Shown: positions 1 to 14,096 of the stretch, piece by piece
Numbering within the stretch: the stretch's first letter is position 1
Layout of the letters: every line of letters starts with the position of its first letter
Source: Basidiobolus meristosporus CBS 931.73
Taxonomy: Eukaryota; Fungi; Basidiobolomycota
Direction: 5' to 3'
Length of the DNA: 64,000 nt
Assembly (NCBI GenBank): GCA_002104905.1
Contig: MCFE01000279.1
Location: 1 to 64,000, forward strand
Made by a program: the position numbers and the translations under genes
Notes under the pieces: generated by a model
Told to the model about the DNA's origin: nothing
What the model saw: only the letters and a program-made list of their open reading frames with translations
Database searches by the model: none

Positions 1-1075
1 ATGCCTCAAGCTTCTTCATCCATATGTGCAAAATTTCTGGGATAAAGCAAGAATCTACTGTACCATACTCCCCACAGCTAAATGGAGTAGCTAAATGTGC
101 AAGCAGAACTATGATCAGTATGGCTAGATTATTGATCCATGATCAAAAATTATCATATGATTTTTGGTTGGAATCAGTTGCCAGAGCAGTACACAGTAGA
201 GATAGGAGTATATAACAGATTACTTTGAGACTCTACCCCACTAAGCATGGTATGGATATAGACCAAATGCATAACTTATAAGAATATTTGGTCACAGCAT
301 ATGCCAATCAAGTGCCAGGGAATCAATCAAAAATTGTACCAAAAATTGTAAGATGCATGTTTTGGGCTACTGCAATGAGTAAAGGGTAAACCATTTCTCT
401 AATCTCAATTCAAGGAAGCTGACAATGTCCAGGGACTTGCTGCTTGATGAAATATAAGATTTCTTAACAAATGACATTGGCTCATGACAAATATCTGATC
501 TCAAGTTCACCATTAGTGAGGATTCAAACAGAACTACAAGTGAGAGTTCTTCCACCCCAGAGGACTCCACAACTGTGTTTCAGTCTGAATCAGTGCCCCG
601 GAATATCCCAGAAGTGATCATTCCGGTATCACAAACCAGGAGAACCCACTTGCCAAAGATAGCTTAAATTACTATATCAATGAGGGTACAAACTTAGCCT
701 ATCCCTATTCAGTCCCTATTAATGAGCCCCAGGCAGGGAAAGAGGCCCTTAATAGCACTCAGACAGAGTCTTGGATATCAGCAATGAGTGAAGAATAGCA
801 GGTGATGATGAAAAATTTTACTTGGGACTTAGTAAAATTACTGATCAACTTAAATTCAATTGGATGCAGGTGGGAGTTCAAGTCAAAACACAAGGCTGAT
901 GGTACAACTCAAATATACCAAGCAAGAGCTTGTGGCCAAAGCACACTCTCAAACAAAGAACTTGACTATACAGAGAGCTTTGCACTGATAGCCAAGTTTA
1001 ATTCCACCAGATAAATATTGGCTAGTGCAGCCAAATAAACTTTCTTATATTAATTAAAATGAATGTACAAACTTC
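1..1075 (+). mobile_element. Ty1/Copia pol fragment (integrase C-half to start of RT), decayed; same family as 55705-60310
   Basis: Translates to integrase motif TVPYSPQLNGVA and RT start (TWDLV..L, IGCRWEFK.K.KADG, FALIAKF). Nucleotide blocks match 57.8-58.7 kb (e.g. ccagaggactc.acaac...cagtctgaatcagtgcc). Many stops and frameshifts. Confidence 0.9.
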
Positions 1076-1084
1076 ATCTTTGTG

Positions 1085-3468
1085 CAACATTTTGGCTCAC
1101 CTTAGCCTTCTAGATATGGCCTGCAGGGATATAGCTTGAAAGACAAAGGCTCACTGCTGGATTATGAGTATAAATTGCCTCTTAGCAGTACCCTGCATAA
1201 GCCCAGCAAAATCCTAATAAGCAATGGGATCCCACCCACAAAAAGGGCCAACAATACTTGATTGGCCAAGTGATACCAGTAATCCATTTATTGGTGAATG
1301 ATGTGATATTGTAGCCAGAGAAGGGGCATACTTCCATCAGTGTTGATAATAAGTGCTCTAGGACTTACTACTTCTTCTTGCCAAGATCATTATGGAGTGC
1401 AACTCACCATGTACTTGGTATAAGTGGTAAGCTGTCATGCAGCTGGTAACATATGACCAAGAGACTATTTTGAAACCTGCATGTGCTAGCAGTTGCATGG
1501 TACTCATACCAGAAAAGGCCACCATTGGAAGGCGCCAAAGTTATCAGGAATCCACCACCACATGAGGAAAACATTGATTACACTCAAGAATTAATCCAGT
1601 AATACCCTGTCTAAAGAAACTCATGCAGCCAATTGGATATTATGAGCTATAAAGTACAGTACTCAGTATCAGTCCAGCTCAAACATTTTGACTATATTTG
1701 ACAGTAAATACTAGAAACAACTAAGAAGTAATGGTTACTCTGAAGGTATGTATAACCATGACATTACCTTGCCACCTGATGAATTCTTAATAAACAAGCA
1801 CTCTAACAGCAAATCCTGCTGGCCACTGATTCTCATCATCCCAAATCTGCCACCTATCCTACAGTATCATAGCAGAAGTTGGATGAAAGTCTCACAAATA
1901 TTAGGGTCTAGATCACTGTCCAGCCCAGATAGCTACCTGTGGCCATTGCTGGATGAATCTTGTATGCTCTCCAGTGGGACACTAGTAAATGTCTGTTGTG
2001 CAAAAATGCATATTAGTATTTGAGTTGGATATAATCCAGCCATCAGCAAGACAGTCAGCTTTCCTGGGCACCATGGACAGTATTGCCATCAAATATGACT
2101 GATCTATGGGGTTTACTCCATAACACATACACATGATTATTATCTAAACTCCAACACTGAGAACATAATCTTCCCACATAGAGAACATACATATGTCAGC
2201 ATGCAACTGCAACAATGTTGATAAGCTTTAAGCTCCCAGCCAGAAAAAGGAATTAGTAAGAAGTTGGATATACTCAAGATAGAGGTATTCTGTTGGAGCA
2301 AAAGCTTTCCACTGGGAGCACAGCATTTGCTCTTTAGCAATATACCTAAACTAGTGACCAAGTTGCACTTGGGGCAAAGCAAGCTGAATGAGCCCTTGGA
2401 GATACAAGAGAAATTTGAAGTAATTGGCAAGATGTTACAGATAACCTGCTACCCATAGTATTTTCACAAGCTCCAATCAATATTCCTCTGCATATGCATC
2501 AATAAAAGTAAATGGACTGGATGAGTTGGGTATGTACTTCCTCAAGTGACCTTTTGATGCAATTTCCACCCTGAGAAAATAGAAAGCATTGGGACTAACA
2601 CATTGACATTCAAGGAATATATTTTCAGAAGCAGATTGGCAATGCTAATTTGGCTCATCTACATTTTTTATGCAGGGTTTGTTATAGGATTTAAGCAGCT
2701 ATACTACAAGTATTAAGCTAAAAATATAAATCTCTGCAGCTGTTTTTTTCATTGTCTACTGCATTGTTCTTAGTATGTGTCAATTATTGGTCCATACTTC
2801 AACTTTTGTGAGTTTCCTATAAAGCAGATGTATGGGGAAATAGGAAATCAAATAAATTGCAAGTACTGCCATTTCCAACCTTATCAATAGCATAACCTTC
2901 AGGTCTGGTATGGATGTGATGAATTAGCACATGGTGGACAGCCAGAAAGAGCTAGAAAGCTTTGACACCTGATGTGCTCATGAAGACAGCTATGCCTTTG
3001 GTATCAGGTAGCAAAGCAGCCCTGAAGTATAGTTAGTTGCCCAAGTTATGCAAGGTTGAGTTGGTTGCAACCTGCAACTAATATTTGCTAGAACAACCTT
3101 ACCAAAGTGTGTTTGGTTTTGAATGTGTATAGGTCAATTTCTACACCATTCAATACATAAATCAGATTAACAAGACACAGCACCTATATATGAAGGGGTC
3201 TAAAATACAGCAGGGAGAAGGAAGATATTGGCCAAGTACCAAAAGTATTTTGCAGATATTTTAGAGGTATGTATGGTAAAGGTGGGGCTACCAATCATAG
3301 GTTTGCAAGATGTATATGTTATCAGTACCACAAGGTGTATTTAACTTTGCAGGTATCATACAGAAAATCCATAAGGTAAGTTTATATATGTATGCTAATT
3401 GCAGTAAGTGGGTGTGTATTTAGAGGTTAGTAAGCATGAGGCTATAGTTTGTTTTATTTATGCCATAC
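1085..3468 (+). mobile_element. CACTA/EnSpm-like (Tnp2/Transposase_21-type) transposase pseudogene, 5'-truncated copy
   Basis: Peptides D.F.INK.S.SKSCWPLIL..NLPP, P...DSYLWPLL and a C-terminal FxxxEFP motif. Colinear with the better-preserved copy at 38.0-42.7 kb. Ends at the CCCTGTG terminus of another copy at 3469. Confidence 0.8.
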
Positions 3469-4039
3469 CCCTGTGAAAAACAACTGTGATGATCCTATCA
3501 AAAGGCCATCACAAGGATCAAGTCCCATGACTAAAAGGTATTGATGCCATCAGGATATTGTGCAATATAACCCTCACCCACCAGATTTCACAAAAAACTT
3601 TGTCAAAATTTTTCATCATAAAATACCTAAGTGGTTTTTAATTGGTCCCTTACCAATACTGTCCCTTTCTGATCCCATACACTTAATGACCTCCAACACT
3701 TGTGTACATTGATTACACATAGCCACTTTTCAACACTTCTTACTTCCTGACTCAACCAATTTTCTTACTTTTCATGCATAAAATTATTTGTTTCCATTAA
3801 AGCTTCAGTTGTGCTTCAATTGCCAATTATGTTAGCCTACACAAGTCCCTATATTCAACAGTGACATTTGGTAAAGACCCACTTTTAACAAGTAACTCCA
3901 TTAAAATCCGCCATTTGCTATGTGTTTTGGTAATAACATGGTTTTCTCATTACTTTGACAGGAACCCTATGAATATATGCCACTGTTTGTTCACTTGTTC
4001 CCATACATCTTGGTCTCCAGCCAGCACTACAAGGTCTAG
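3469..4039. mobile_element. Terminal segment (accessory-ORF side) of a CACTA-like copy, interrupted by a Gypsy LTR
   Basis: Starts ccctgtgaaaaa..tgatgatcc, matching the termini at 11578 and 35438. Sequence is colinear with 11578-11920 and 35438-36020. Confidence 0.7.
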
Positions 4040-4405
4040 TGTTACAAGTCTTGGTAAAAGTGTTGTAGAGGAATAGGGAGTTTAGTTAGTATTGAATTCA
4101 CTAAAACTTGATCTGATTTTTATTGAGGTACCAGCAGCTCCTTAGATATATTTTGCCAGATCAACTGCTGACAAAATGTATTTCTTAATGTAGGCTGTGG
4201 CTGATGACTTGTTTAATTGCATTATCATCACCCAATATGATCCTACTTAATATCTATTTCTGTCTGGTAAGGATCTGCAGATTCATTTGCTGACTAATGC
4301 TACTGATTTGATATATAATACTGATATACTGATAAGCTATGCCTAAAACTAATTGATTTGACTAAGGACTGATCTAACTGAAACATTCAAGCAGTAGATC
4401 ATAAC
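4040..4405 (-). repeat. 3' LTR of Gypsy copy A (366 bp, TG...CA)
   Basis: tgttacaag...gatcataaca. Homologous to 19749-20116 and to the split LTR 12473-16277. Purine tract TAGTAGAGGAGAA (reverse complement of 4406-4418) is adjacent. Confidence 0.85.
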
Positions 4406-7095
4406 ATTCTCCTCTACTAAATTTGAGAGGGCTGTCTTGAATCTCTTTACTTGTGATATGAATATCTTGATGGTTCATTATTATCAGCAAGTCTTGCAAT
4501 CTTTAGTCTGTCCCTATGCAATAAGTGTTCCCAGATATTGCCTTGTTTGTCCACTAGTTGGTAAGTTGCAAATGGATATTCTCTGATAATCTTGAATGGT
4601 CATGTCCATTGTGCCTCAAGCTTCTTCCAAGTGTTGTTTCTCAGCCATACAAAGTGTCCAACTATCAATGCTTCTGGTGCATTAGTCTTATAAAATCTCT
4701 GCTTCATCTTTTCTGCACCTTGAGAGGCTTTTGTCTCTGCCTCTTGACATCCTTGTTCTAGCTGCTGGTGTCAACTTGGCTGACTGAGTTCATCTTCTAA
4801 GGTGTCTGTAAGCTTTGGTTGTGTGAGATCTCCTGGAGTCCTTAGTTCACATTAATACACTAAGTAAAATGTCAATTATTGGGTGGTGTTGGGTACTCTG
4901 ACTCTGCATGCAGAGAGTGCTTGGTCTACATACTCATCCCATCTACTGACAACTCCATTTGCACACTTGGTCAGCAGTTTTCCAAATAATCCATTAAACA
5001 ATTCAGTGACTCCATTAGTTCTGGGGTGATATGCCAAGGTTTTCAAGTGTTTGATCTGCTGCATTTCCAGGTAAGCTTCCAATGTCTTTGCCATAAAGTT
5101 TGCACCTCTTTTGGATAGAATCTCTACAGGGCATCCAAACCGCATAAGGATCTCTTGGTAGATGAAACATGCAACTTCTAGTTCACTGGCTATAGTTACA
5201 GCTTTAGCCACAGGCCATTTGGTGGCATGGTCAATTGCTACTAGGATCCAACAGCTGCATTTCCTGGTAGTTGGCAGTCTTCCAATAAAATTGCTTCCCC
5301 ATCATTCAAATTGTTTTACAGGCTCCACAGGAAAGAGTTCAGCAATTCTCTGTGGTTGGCCTTGGTTGATTTGGCAATTTGGGCATGCTTCACTAGCTTC
5401 TCAAGGTCATGATTCATTCTGGGCCACCATGCTCTGGCTTTCACAAGGCTATAGGTTCCTTCAATTCCAAGATGTCCATATCCATTTTGTGGCTTATGTA
5501 TTAAATCCAGGCAAGTAACTCAAGGGCAATAGGCAATAGGGCTCCCATCAACAATTTGTTAGAGTGTTTCATCCTGTACTACAAATTTGCTGACTTCATC
5601 ACGGATTATCTTCTTGATATCTTCATCCACCTCAATAGGAATGGCTTGGTCCTCCAAGTACTTTGGTAATAGGCTAGGCCAATCTGATTCATGCACCAAG
5701 TTGAGTTGTGCAACATGTTCTAATCTTGATAAGGCATCAGCAACAGTGTTTTTTCCCAGGGCAGTAGACAATCTCCAGGTCAAATTGCTGAATGTATTCA
5801 CTCCATCTTGTTATTCTTCTAGAGAGTACTTTCTGAGTAAATATATACATGAGCAAGGCATGATCAATCTTTGCAGTGCATTTGACTCCTTCATTATAGC
5901 ATGTCCATGTCTTCTCTGTTAGCTTCTTCAAGACCTGTTCAATGTGCACCATGTGATCCTCTTCTGTCTTGCTGTATATCAATATGTCATCTAGGTAGAT
6001 TATCAAAAACTTGTCTAAGTACTCCTGGAAGTCAGTCTGCATAAGAGTAATGAATGTTGCAGGGACATTGGTGAGGCCCAGACTCATGACTATGTACTTA
6101 TAATGTCCATATCGGGTCCTGAATGCTGTCTTAGGGATGTCTTCTGGCTTCACCCTAATCTGGTTGTATCCTGACATGAGGTTAATCTTGCTGGAAATAG
6201 TGGCTCCATTAAGTTGGTCCAAAAGCTCATCAATCCAAGGTATGGGGTACTTATTCTTCATGGTAACTGAGTTGGGGGCTCTGTGGTCAATGCATATCCT
6301 AAGTCCTCCATCCTTCTTCTTCACAAAAAGACCTGGTGCTCCCCAAGGTGACTTGCTTGGTCTGATATATCCTAGCTCCAGTAACTAATATATTTGTCTC
6401 TTCATCTCTTCCAACTCCAATGGACTCATTCTGTAAGGTGTCTTACTCACTGGAGGGCTATCTCCTGTTTCAATGGTATGATCCACACTCCTGACTGGTG
6501 GTAGGCTTACAAGCTCATCTGGATATTTGTCTGAATATTCCTTCATAAGAGTGTGGACCTTCTGGGGTACTGGAGTAGAGGAATTCTCCTGTAATACTGC
6601 AATGAGGATCATTGGGGTACTTTTAATTAGTGCTCTACAGAACTGTGTCTTGCTAAGTTCACATGTTTCACACACACTGGAATTGAGCAAGTTGATATCC
6701 AGTCTGGCAGGTAATAGCTCATAGGTCTTGTTGTCCTTTTGGATCTGAGTAGTATGAGTTCTCCAGTTGATTGATGGATTACAACAGAATAGCCAGGTTT
6801 TCCCAAGTATAAGGTCAAACTTGCAGTTCCCAAATATATAGGCCTTTATATCTTCTTCTTAATCATTGATCTTCATCCATACTGGCTCAGTAACACGGTT
6901 GATTATGTGAGAGTTTCCATCAGCTGTTGAGACTGCAGTTGATTTGGTGGGTTCCAAGTTGATTCCAGCTTTCAAAGCAACTTGCCCTGACATGTACTCA
7001 TGCAATGCTCCTGTGTCAATCATGCTCTTGGCAGGTACTCCATTGATTACTCCATCAAGTACAATTTCATTTAACCAGCTTTTGGATGCTGAACT
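4040..7095 (-). mobile_element. Ty3/Gypsy retrotransposon copy A: 3' LTR, integrase, partial RT, protease; 5' half missing
   Basis: Minus-strand peptides: RT ([45 protein letters not shown]), integrase (AYHPRTNG), protease (AMIDTGA-like at ~7020). Domain order PR-RT-IN. LTR at 4040-4405 with PPT next to it. Confidence 0.9.
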
Positions 7096-7426
7096 GCCAT
7101 TATAATGCTAGCAGAGGTCTGCAATGATTATGAAGCACTGATAAGTTTCTTGTCATATAAGGCAGTTGAATGTATTGACTGGTTAGGTCAGCTCAAGGAG
7201 ATGTAGAGCAAATCAAGACTGCCAGAATGCCATGCTATTCTTGTCAAATGTCCACTAAAACATGGTCAAGCTTGTAATTTTATTTATGAGTCAATTCAAC
7301 AAAATGCCATCACAATCCTGCCATAAGACCATGTAAAGGTTCAATAATTCCAAGCTGCTGGCATTGCAATGGCCTGGTTGATCCAGATTGGATCCATCTA
7401 TGGGACCAAATTTTGTTTCATAGGGG
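7095..7426. mobile_element. Transposase-side terminal segment of CACTA-like family
   Basis: Colinear with 43240-43596 and 48760-49103. Ends ...tttcataggg (reverse complement CCCTATGAAA). Confidence 0.65.
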
Positions 7427-7559
7427 TATTGCTTTGGTGAAAACCTTAACTAATGTATTTCCTAAGATCTATGGTACAATCAATTATCAGGGGTTATTGC
7501 ACAATGTATTGACATGATCAATCTCTCTTTGTCTTAGGATTTTGATCCGGTGATGACAT

Positions 7560-8105
7560 TTTGACAAGATCATCACAATAATGTCTTCTAGGGGACTACA
7601 CTCAAGTGAGATACATGAGCATGCAGAGAAAGGCAATTTTTCTATTATTGCCACTACATCCTCCATTGTAGACAGAGTGAATATCCCACTGACAAACCAA
7701 GCAACAACATCAAGTGCTACAAGACTATCACAGCTAAAAAGTTGCACTTAGAACACTGATAGGTACACCAAGAGGTTGCAACACTTCATCAAGAGCAGTG
7801 CTAACATATATGAATTTGAATACTGCTAGGGTTTATTGCAAAGACTGGCAGATGAAGTGCCATGTTTTGCAGTGCCAGCTGAAGACCAGGACATATGGTA
7901 ACCAGTAAATGAGCAACAGAATCAACCCTATATAGAAATGATCCCATCAAAAGGCTGTCACAAAGCTAAAGTCCCCTGACAAAATGGTATTGATCACATC
8001 AGGACACCATACAAAGACTATAAAAATATGCACTCCAGATTATACAAAATACTTACTAAAAATCTCTCATCACAATAGTGTATAGGTGGCTTTTAACTGG
8101 TCCTC
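7560..8105. mobile_element. CACTA-like family fragments (end of accessory ORF, then another left terminus at ~7926)
   Basis: 7560-7920 matches 10560-10860 and 47270-47510. 7926 onward (ccctat...atgatcccatcaaaaggc) matches the termini at 3469 and 35438. Confidence 0.55.
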
Positions 8106-8109
8106 CCAT

Positions 8110-11100
8110 CAGAAACTCCCAAAAGATGAGGTATGCATCACACTCTCCACACACAAACCATGATGGAATAGAGAAAGGATGCCATAGTAGAAGAGATCTA
8201 CATGATCAGCTTTATGCTTGTGGTATAGCTGCTCAGATCCCATCACAAACTCCCTGCAGAAAGGCTGTAGATGTTACAAGTTGGCAATGGTGATCCACCT
8301 CTGCATAAATATTCCTACAATGTCAACATAAAACCTCCAATGCTTCCAATGAACTATGGGAAAAATTGCTTCAGAAGGCCACCTGAATGAATACATATCC
8401 AGTTCATTCAGTCCAGCATATAACTAGTTGCATAAATGTATAAATATTGATTGGAGTCTGTGAGAAGTATTTTGGGTAGCAGATACTTTGTGATATTTAG
8501 ATGATTCTTTGGACCAAATTACCAGTGAGACTAACATCAGATCTCTGCTCTGATGCTATAAGATTGCTGGCAGATTAAGGTGGCCATGAATAAGCAGCCA
8601 GCAAGATTTGCTGGTAGAGTGCTTCTACAGTGAGAATGCATTAAGTGCCAAGGCAAAGGCATGATTGTACATACCTTCAAAGTAGCCCTAGCATCTTGGT
8701 TATCTCTAATGTATGCCATTAAATATATTGGAGATAATTGTACTTGATTGATCCTGAGTGCAATACCTCATAGCTTCACAAAGTTTATGAAATTGCATGA
8801 GCTTCTTTATACAGGGTGTATCTAGAATATATATAGAGTGTGAACAGTGTTTTTCTCCTATAATGGTGGATTCCTGAAAAGTTGGACACCATGCAATAGT
8901 GGCATTTTCTGATGCAACTGCCATGCCACTGCTAATGTATGCTGGTATCAGGACTGTCTCTGAGTCTTATGTTGCCAGTCACATGACAACTTTCCACTTG
9001 TACCAAGTATATGGTAAGTAGCATTCTGGAATGCTTTTGACAAGAAGTAGTAGCAACCCCTCTAGGCCCACATTACTGATATTAGTGGAAACATGCCACT
9101 TGTCTGGTCCCAGTATCACATTGTTCACCAGCAGATGGATTACTGGGCCCACTTAGAGTATCTCTGGCATTTTTTTCCACAGGCATTGTCTCATTACACT
9201 TTGAGATTAAGCCATGCTCTTCCAGGGTACTATTGTTAGGGAAGATGGGCTCATAGTCCATCAGTGAGCCTTTTTCTCCAGAGCTATCACATTGCAGGCA
9301 ATATACCAATGGCCAAGGTGAGCTGATAGGTGTCACAAACGCACCTTACTCAGTTTGTCCAAGGCAATAAGTATGGCTAGGTGCCTTTATACTAATATCA
9401 AGTTACTGGCCAGATCTTGTTGGTACAGTAGTGACTGATGAATGGTCAAATATGATTCATATGGCAAAACACAGGCTGTGATCTTTGCAATACCTCCTAT
9501 GCTCTCTGCAAGCTGCTTTGCTGAGCAGCTTATTACAATAGCCACATGGTCTTTTTTCTCTTCTCTTACAGCACTAAATCTAGGTAGTTGTCTATATGGG
9601 TCAAACAGTTTAACACTCTGCAACATAATGCTTTTGTATCACTTTTTTGTAAATACTCATGTGAATTCAATGCAGACTTGTATTTGGGATATGCACCTAT
9701 TTGATTGTAAGACTCCACAATGACCTAACATAGAAAGCATTATATAAAAAGTTTTAGCACCACATGTTCATGTATATGTAACATCTACTCCCCTTTGGTT
9801 TGACTCACTTCCATATATATATACAGCCAAGACATAAAGCAAAGCTGACCATTTCCCAATCAAGCCATACCACTGAGAGCAGCAGAAGAACAGTTTGACA
9901 ACAGCTTGCTTTGATATTTGGTACAACTAGCAGGGCTGCCACCAAAAAAGGTCATGATGATAGTGTGCCCACTTAAGGTAATAATACACACTTTTCAACC
10001 TTTCAGTCAAATAGGTAATTGACAGTTATGGTAGAGCCTCAAGCTGACCATAATGCTTTGGCATATGATGATGTTGCAATCTTGGTACCTTTAGTTATGG
10101 AAAGCAAGTAGCATAATAACATCACTACAACATGTATTAACAACTATGCTGTCTGCTCATACCACAGCATTAATGAAGCAATTAGATGCAGTAGCTGATA
10201 GGATAGATTCACTGGCCCAGAGAAATAAGGAAATAGTCCAGGCACAGAAAGAGCAAGTAACACATGTAGAGCAATCAATATCTCAGGTAGAGAATGCAAC
10301 ATCCTTACATTGAAGAATGAACTCAAGTGGCTCAATGTTGCAGCCTAGAGCTTAGCCATTTCCCAATGTAGCAGCAGAGGATCACACTACACTCTTTGAA
10401 GCATGACAATAGTGCCCAAAGCAAATGCCCACAGAAACCTGTCACAGCATTAAAGGGAGAGACTGTGGCATTTATACCAAAGCCTAAAAGTCAACATACA
10501 TTGAAAATTGGGACAAGAGTTAAGTACAGCCAGTTGAGCTACACCCCAGTGAGGTAGATGAGCTTGCAGATAAAGGTAATTTGTCTATCACTGCTTCCAT
10601 GTTCTCTATTGTAAAGAGAGTGGAGATCCTACTGACAGAAATGTAACAGTGTCAAGAAGTTGAAAGACTTTTACAATGCACACAGTGAAGTTCTTGGGCA
10701 ATAACAGGCACAGCAAAAGATTGCAGTACTTCTTAATAGCATTGCTCACGTGAATGCACTTGAATATTACAAGGATTTATTGCAATGACTGGCAGATGAG
10801 GTGCTAGACATTGTATTGCTGGTAAAAGACTAGGATGAATGGGCATTAGTGAATCAACAACAACATAAAGTCAAGTGGCTCCTGCCAAAGTCATGGAAAA
10901 AGTGTGTTTTGGCAAGTATATTTATTGAATGATGGATTTGAATGGAGTTACTTCTTGAGTTTGAGGCAAGGCTTAATATCAATGCTTGATTCATGGACCT
11001 AAATAGTTCTGTACAATTGTTAATCAGGTTACCACTGATGATTGAATATAAGTATGCCAACTTGTGTCCATGAGAAGTGAAAGCATTACTTGAGTCAGGA

Positions 11101-11383
11101 GGAAAGCAGCACAAAGAAGAGGCAATAACCAGTCAATGTACACAAATATTGAAGGCAATTGGGTATGTGGGATCACAATGTGAGATAACTGGCTGATAGC
11201 CAATTAAAAGCCACTCATGTATTGTTGTAATGAGACATCTTGACCAAGATTTTTGTGAAATCTGGGTAGGATTTTTTTAATGGTCTTTACTTAAAATCCA
11301 TATGGTACCACTACCCCCTAGTTATGGGATTTAAGTTTGGTGGCTGCCTTTTGACTGGATTGCCTCAGTTATTTTCCACAGGG
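8110..11383. mobile_element. CACTA-like copy: transposase pseudogene on - strand (~8110-9630), divergent accessory ORF on + (~9800-10900), terminus at 11383
   Basis: Minus-strand peptides (C.AFAS.NATI..CP..QES, KYFDxIF) match the 38 kb transposase. The plus-strand block matches 43600-44180. Ends ttttccacaggg (reverse complement CCCTGTGGAAAA). Confidence 0.75.
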
Positions 11384-12852
11384 TTTGTATTGTTTGTTGT
11401 CAAGACTACAAAGTTCACTGTTTGAGTTCCAATAGTGATATAAAGAGTAACACTCCTGCTTGCTGAGTCAGGTCCTTGGAATAGGGCTCTCATGCCTGCA
11501 CTTCAGTAACTTGTGGGGGACCATCTTTCTTCCTGGTCAGCAGGCATCTATTAGCATCACACTCTGCAGCTCCATCTCCCTATGAGAAAAAATTTTGATG
11601 ATCCCATTAATATGCTGTCACAAAATATTTCTCTTACTTTTCATGTATATAAATTGTTTTATTAATGTTTAAACTTCAGTTGTACCTCAATTGCCAATTA
11701 TAGTGACCTATATAAGTCCCTATACCCATCACTAACATTTAGGCCAACCCCACACTCAATAAGTAACTCTATTAAAATTCACCACTCAATAAGTATTTCT
11801 GCTGTTATGACCCTTTTCCTTGACTTCTGTAGGTACCCTACTGGTTTATGCCACTTTTCACTCACTGATTCTCATACATCCTGGTCTATAGCTGGTACTG
11901 CAAGGCTGAGCACTTTATCTGCCAGTATTTGCAATAAATTCTTGCTACATTCAAGTATGTTTTCTTAAGCACCACTGTTGAATAAGTGCTGCAACCTCTT
12001 GGTGCATCTATTAATGCTCCAAAATTCCACTGTAGGCACTGTGATAGTCTTCTAAGTTGTTGAAGTTGTTGCTTTGTCCATCAGTGGATTCTTTATTCTA
12101 TCTACAATGGAGGACATGGCAGCAGTGGTTGGCAGTTTCTATTCTCTGCAAGCTCATATACCTCACTGGGGAATGGCTCAACTCACTGGGCTTCCAATTA
12201 TTGAGAAAACAGCTGTTTTCTTGTTGATAATTCTTTGTGCCTATTATGGGATTAGCCTGTTCTGGACTGATGGTGTTAACTGGTGAGAACTGCAGCCTTT
12301 TCTCACATTTCCCTGTCTTTGGATGGGTTAGACTCTTTTCTCTTTACCTTTACCTTTATTACTGGCAAATTGTACACTACCACTTTGACCCAGTGCTTCT
12401 TGAATTGAACTATATTTTTTCTTGATGAATGCAGCATTGGTGCATCAATTCTTGCTCCCTGTCTCTTGCAAGTGTTACAAGTCTTGGTACAAGAGTTGTA
12501 GAGGAATAGGGAGCTTAGCTAGTATTGTATTCACTAAAACATGAACTGATTTTTACTGAGGTTCAAGCAGCTCCTTATATACATTTTGCCAGATCAATTG
12601 CTGAATGAATATATTTCCTGATGTAGGTTGTGGCTGATGACTCATTTGATTGCATCATCATCACCCAATAGACTTGTTCCGTTGGATAGTGCCACATAGT
12701 GCCAGCCTGTTTATGGTGCCGGATTGATCTGGCACTCTACGGCACTATCTAGCACTATAATTTCTACCATGATGCCAGTGGTATGATACAGTTGCTGGTA
12801 ATTTTACTCAATCTTACTTATGTTGCTCAGAATAGTGCTTTCCTTGCTTTAT

Positions 12853-13737
12853 TTACTCTTCATAATGCTCCAGACACATTTCTCTCAGTGGATGTCTTCT
12901 TGTATGAACATACTGTGCATTAATAAGTATCTTAACTATTTTACCTATTCTGCTGCTTTCTCCTATATATGACTTTCCTCTGTATTTACCTGCCAATATG
13001 CTGAATCTCTTCAGATATCCAAATGTGTGCTCTACCCTTACTCTGAAATGATTAAATATCTCATTGTAGAGCTTCTGCTTCCTGCTAAGCACACCATTCC
13101 TTGGCTTCCTATAAGCTGTAATACATCCTAATCTCTGACAATCCTCTCCTATATAGGCTAAGTCTGCCTTACATTTCTCCCCTCTACTGAATTCTGGATG
13201 ATTCTCTACCCAGAGTGCTTTGTCATGCCTACTTCCAGCAAATGGCCCACTAAACCAGATGATATTACCCTCAATGTCAAACAGTGCTTGAAACTTCACA
13301 CAGTGTGCCTTGTACTTTCCAGAATAAAAGTGCCTCTGCCCTCTAGAAGGTCTGTTAATCCTCACTGGGAAGGTATCCAAAATACTACTGATATGGAACC
13401 TGTTGCTGAACACTCTGGGATATTGAAGTCTATTGGAGCTTCTGAACCTAGTATTCCAAGCTTGCTCTGAGTCATTCATACCCTCTGCAAGGTGGTTCTC
13501 CATTGCTATCAGCTGGGAATGAAAGCTTCTAGGACTTTTGTTGCCATGGATGGTGGGATGAAACCTTGTAGGGCAATAGTTCTTATAATAGCAGAGAAGC
13601 TTGACAAGGGATCTCCTTGAGTAGATTGGGGTTGATGGTACACAGTACTTGGAATAGATCTCCTCTAGTGTGTCAAAAGGAAATCCAGTGGTAGTGATGG
13701 GACTGATGAGAAAAGACCATTCAGATGAGTAAGTCAT
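12853..13737 (-). CDS. PIF/Harbinger-type DDE transposase (DDE_Tnp_4-like), 294 aa, open
   Basis: Motifs LDTFPVRI.RP, FYSGKYK.HCVKFQ, GS.HD, ADLAY.G, YN......RVRVEH.FG.LKRF.IL. The DDE triad looks intact. No stop or frameshift. Confidence 0.9.
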   Translation of the reverse strand: MTYSSEWSFLISPITTTGFPFDTLEEIYSKYCVPSTPIYSRRSLVKLLCYYKNYCPTRFHPTIHGNKSPRSFHSQLIAMENHLAEGMNDSEQAWNTRFRSSNRLQYPRVFSNRFHISSILDTFPVRINRPSRGQRHFYSGKYKAHCVKFQALFDIEGNIIWFSGPFAGSRHDKALWVENHPEFSRGEKCKADLAYIGEDCQRLGCITAYRKPRNGVLSRKQKLYNEIFNHFRVRVEHTFGYLKRFSILAGKYRGKSYIGESSRIGKIVKILINAQYVHTRRHPLREMCLEHYEE

Positions 13738-14096
13738 ATTAAAATTGATGGATGATTGTATGGAGGCGGTTAGAATTGATTTGGCGCGATCTGCATTATT
13801 TATCTGATTTTTGATACATTATGGTTATATCTACATCAATTGCTATGTATCCCATCATTATGTTGCAAAAATCATCCGCAAACAATGCCTTAGTACTTTT
13901 ATTGATGCTTTAATCATAGGTCTATAATCAAATAGGAAATCTGCAATTGATGTGATCTGATCCGTGTCAATGCAATCCAAGATGCATCATGCATAATATA
14001 TGGAAAATTCAACAATCACATTAGTTTTCATATATATTTCATATAAGACCAGGTTGATGCCAATATACTGCTGTATAAGTATCCAAATCTGCTGCT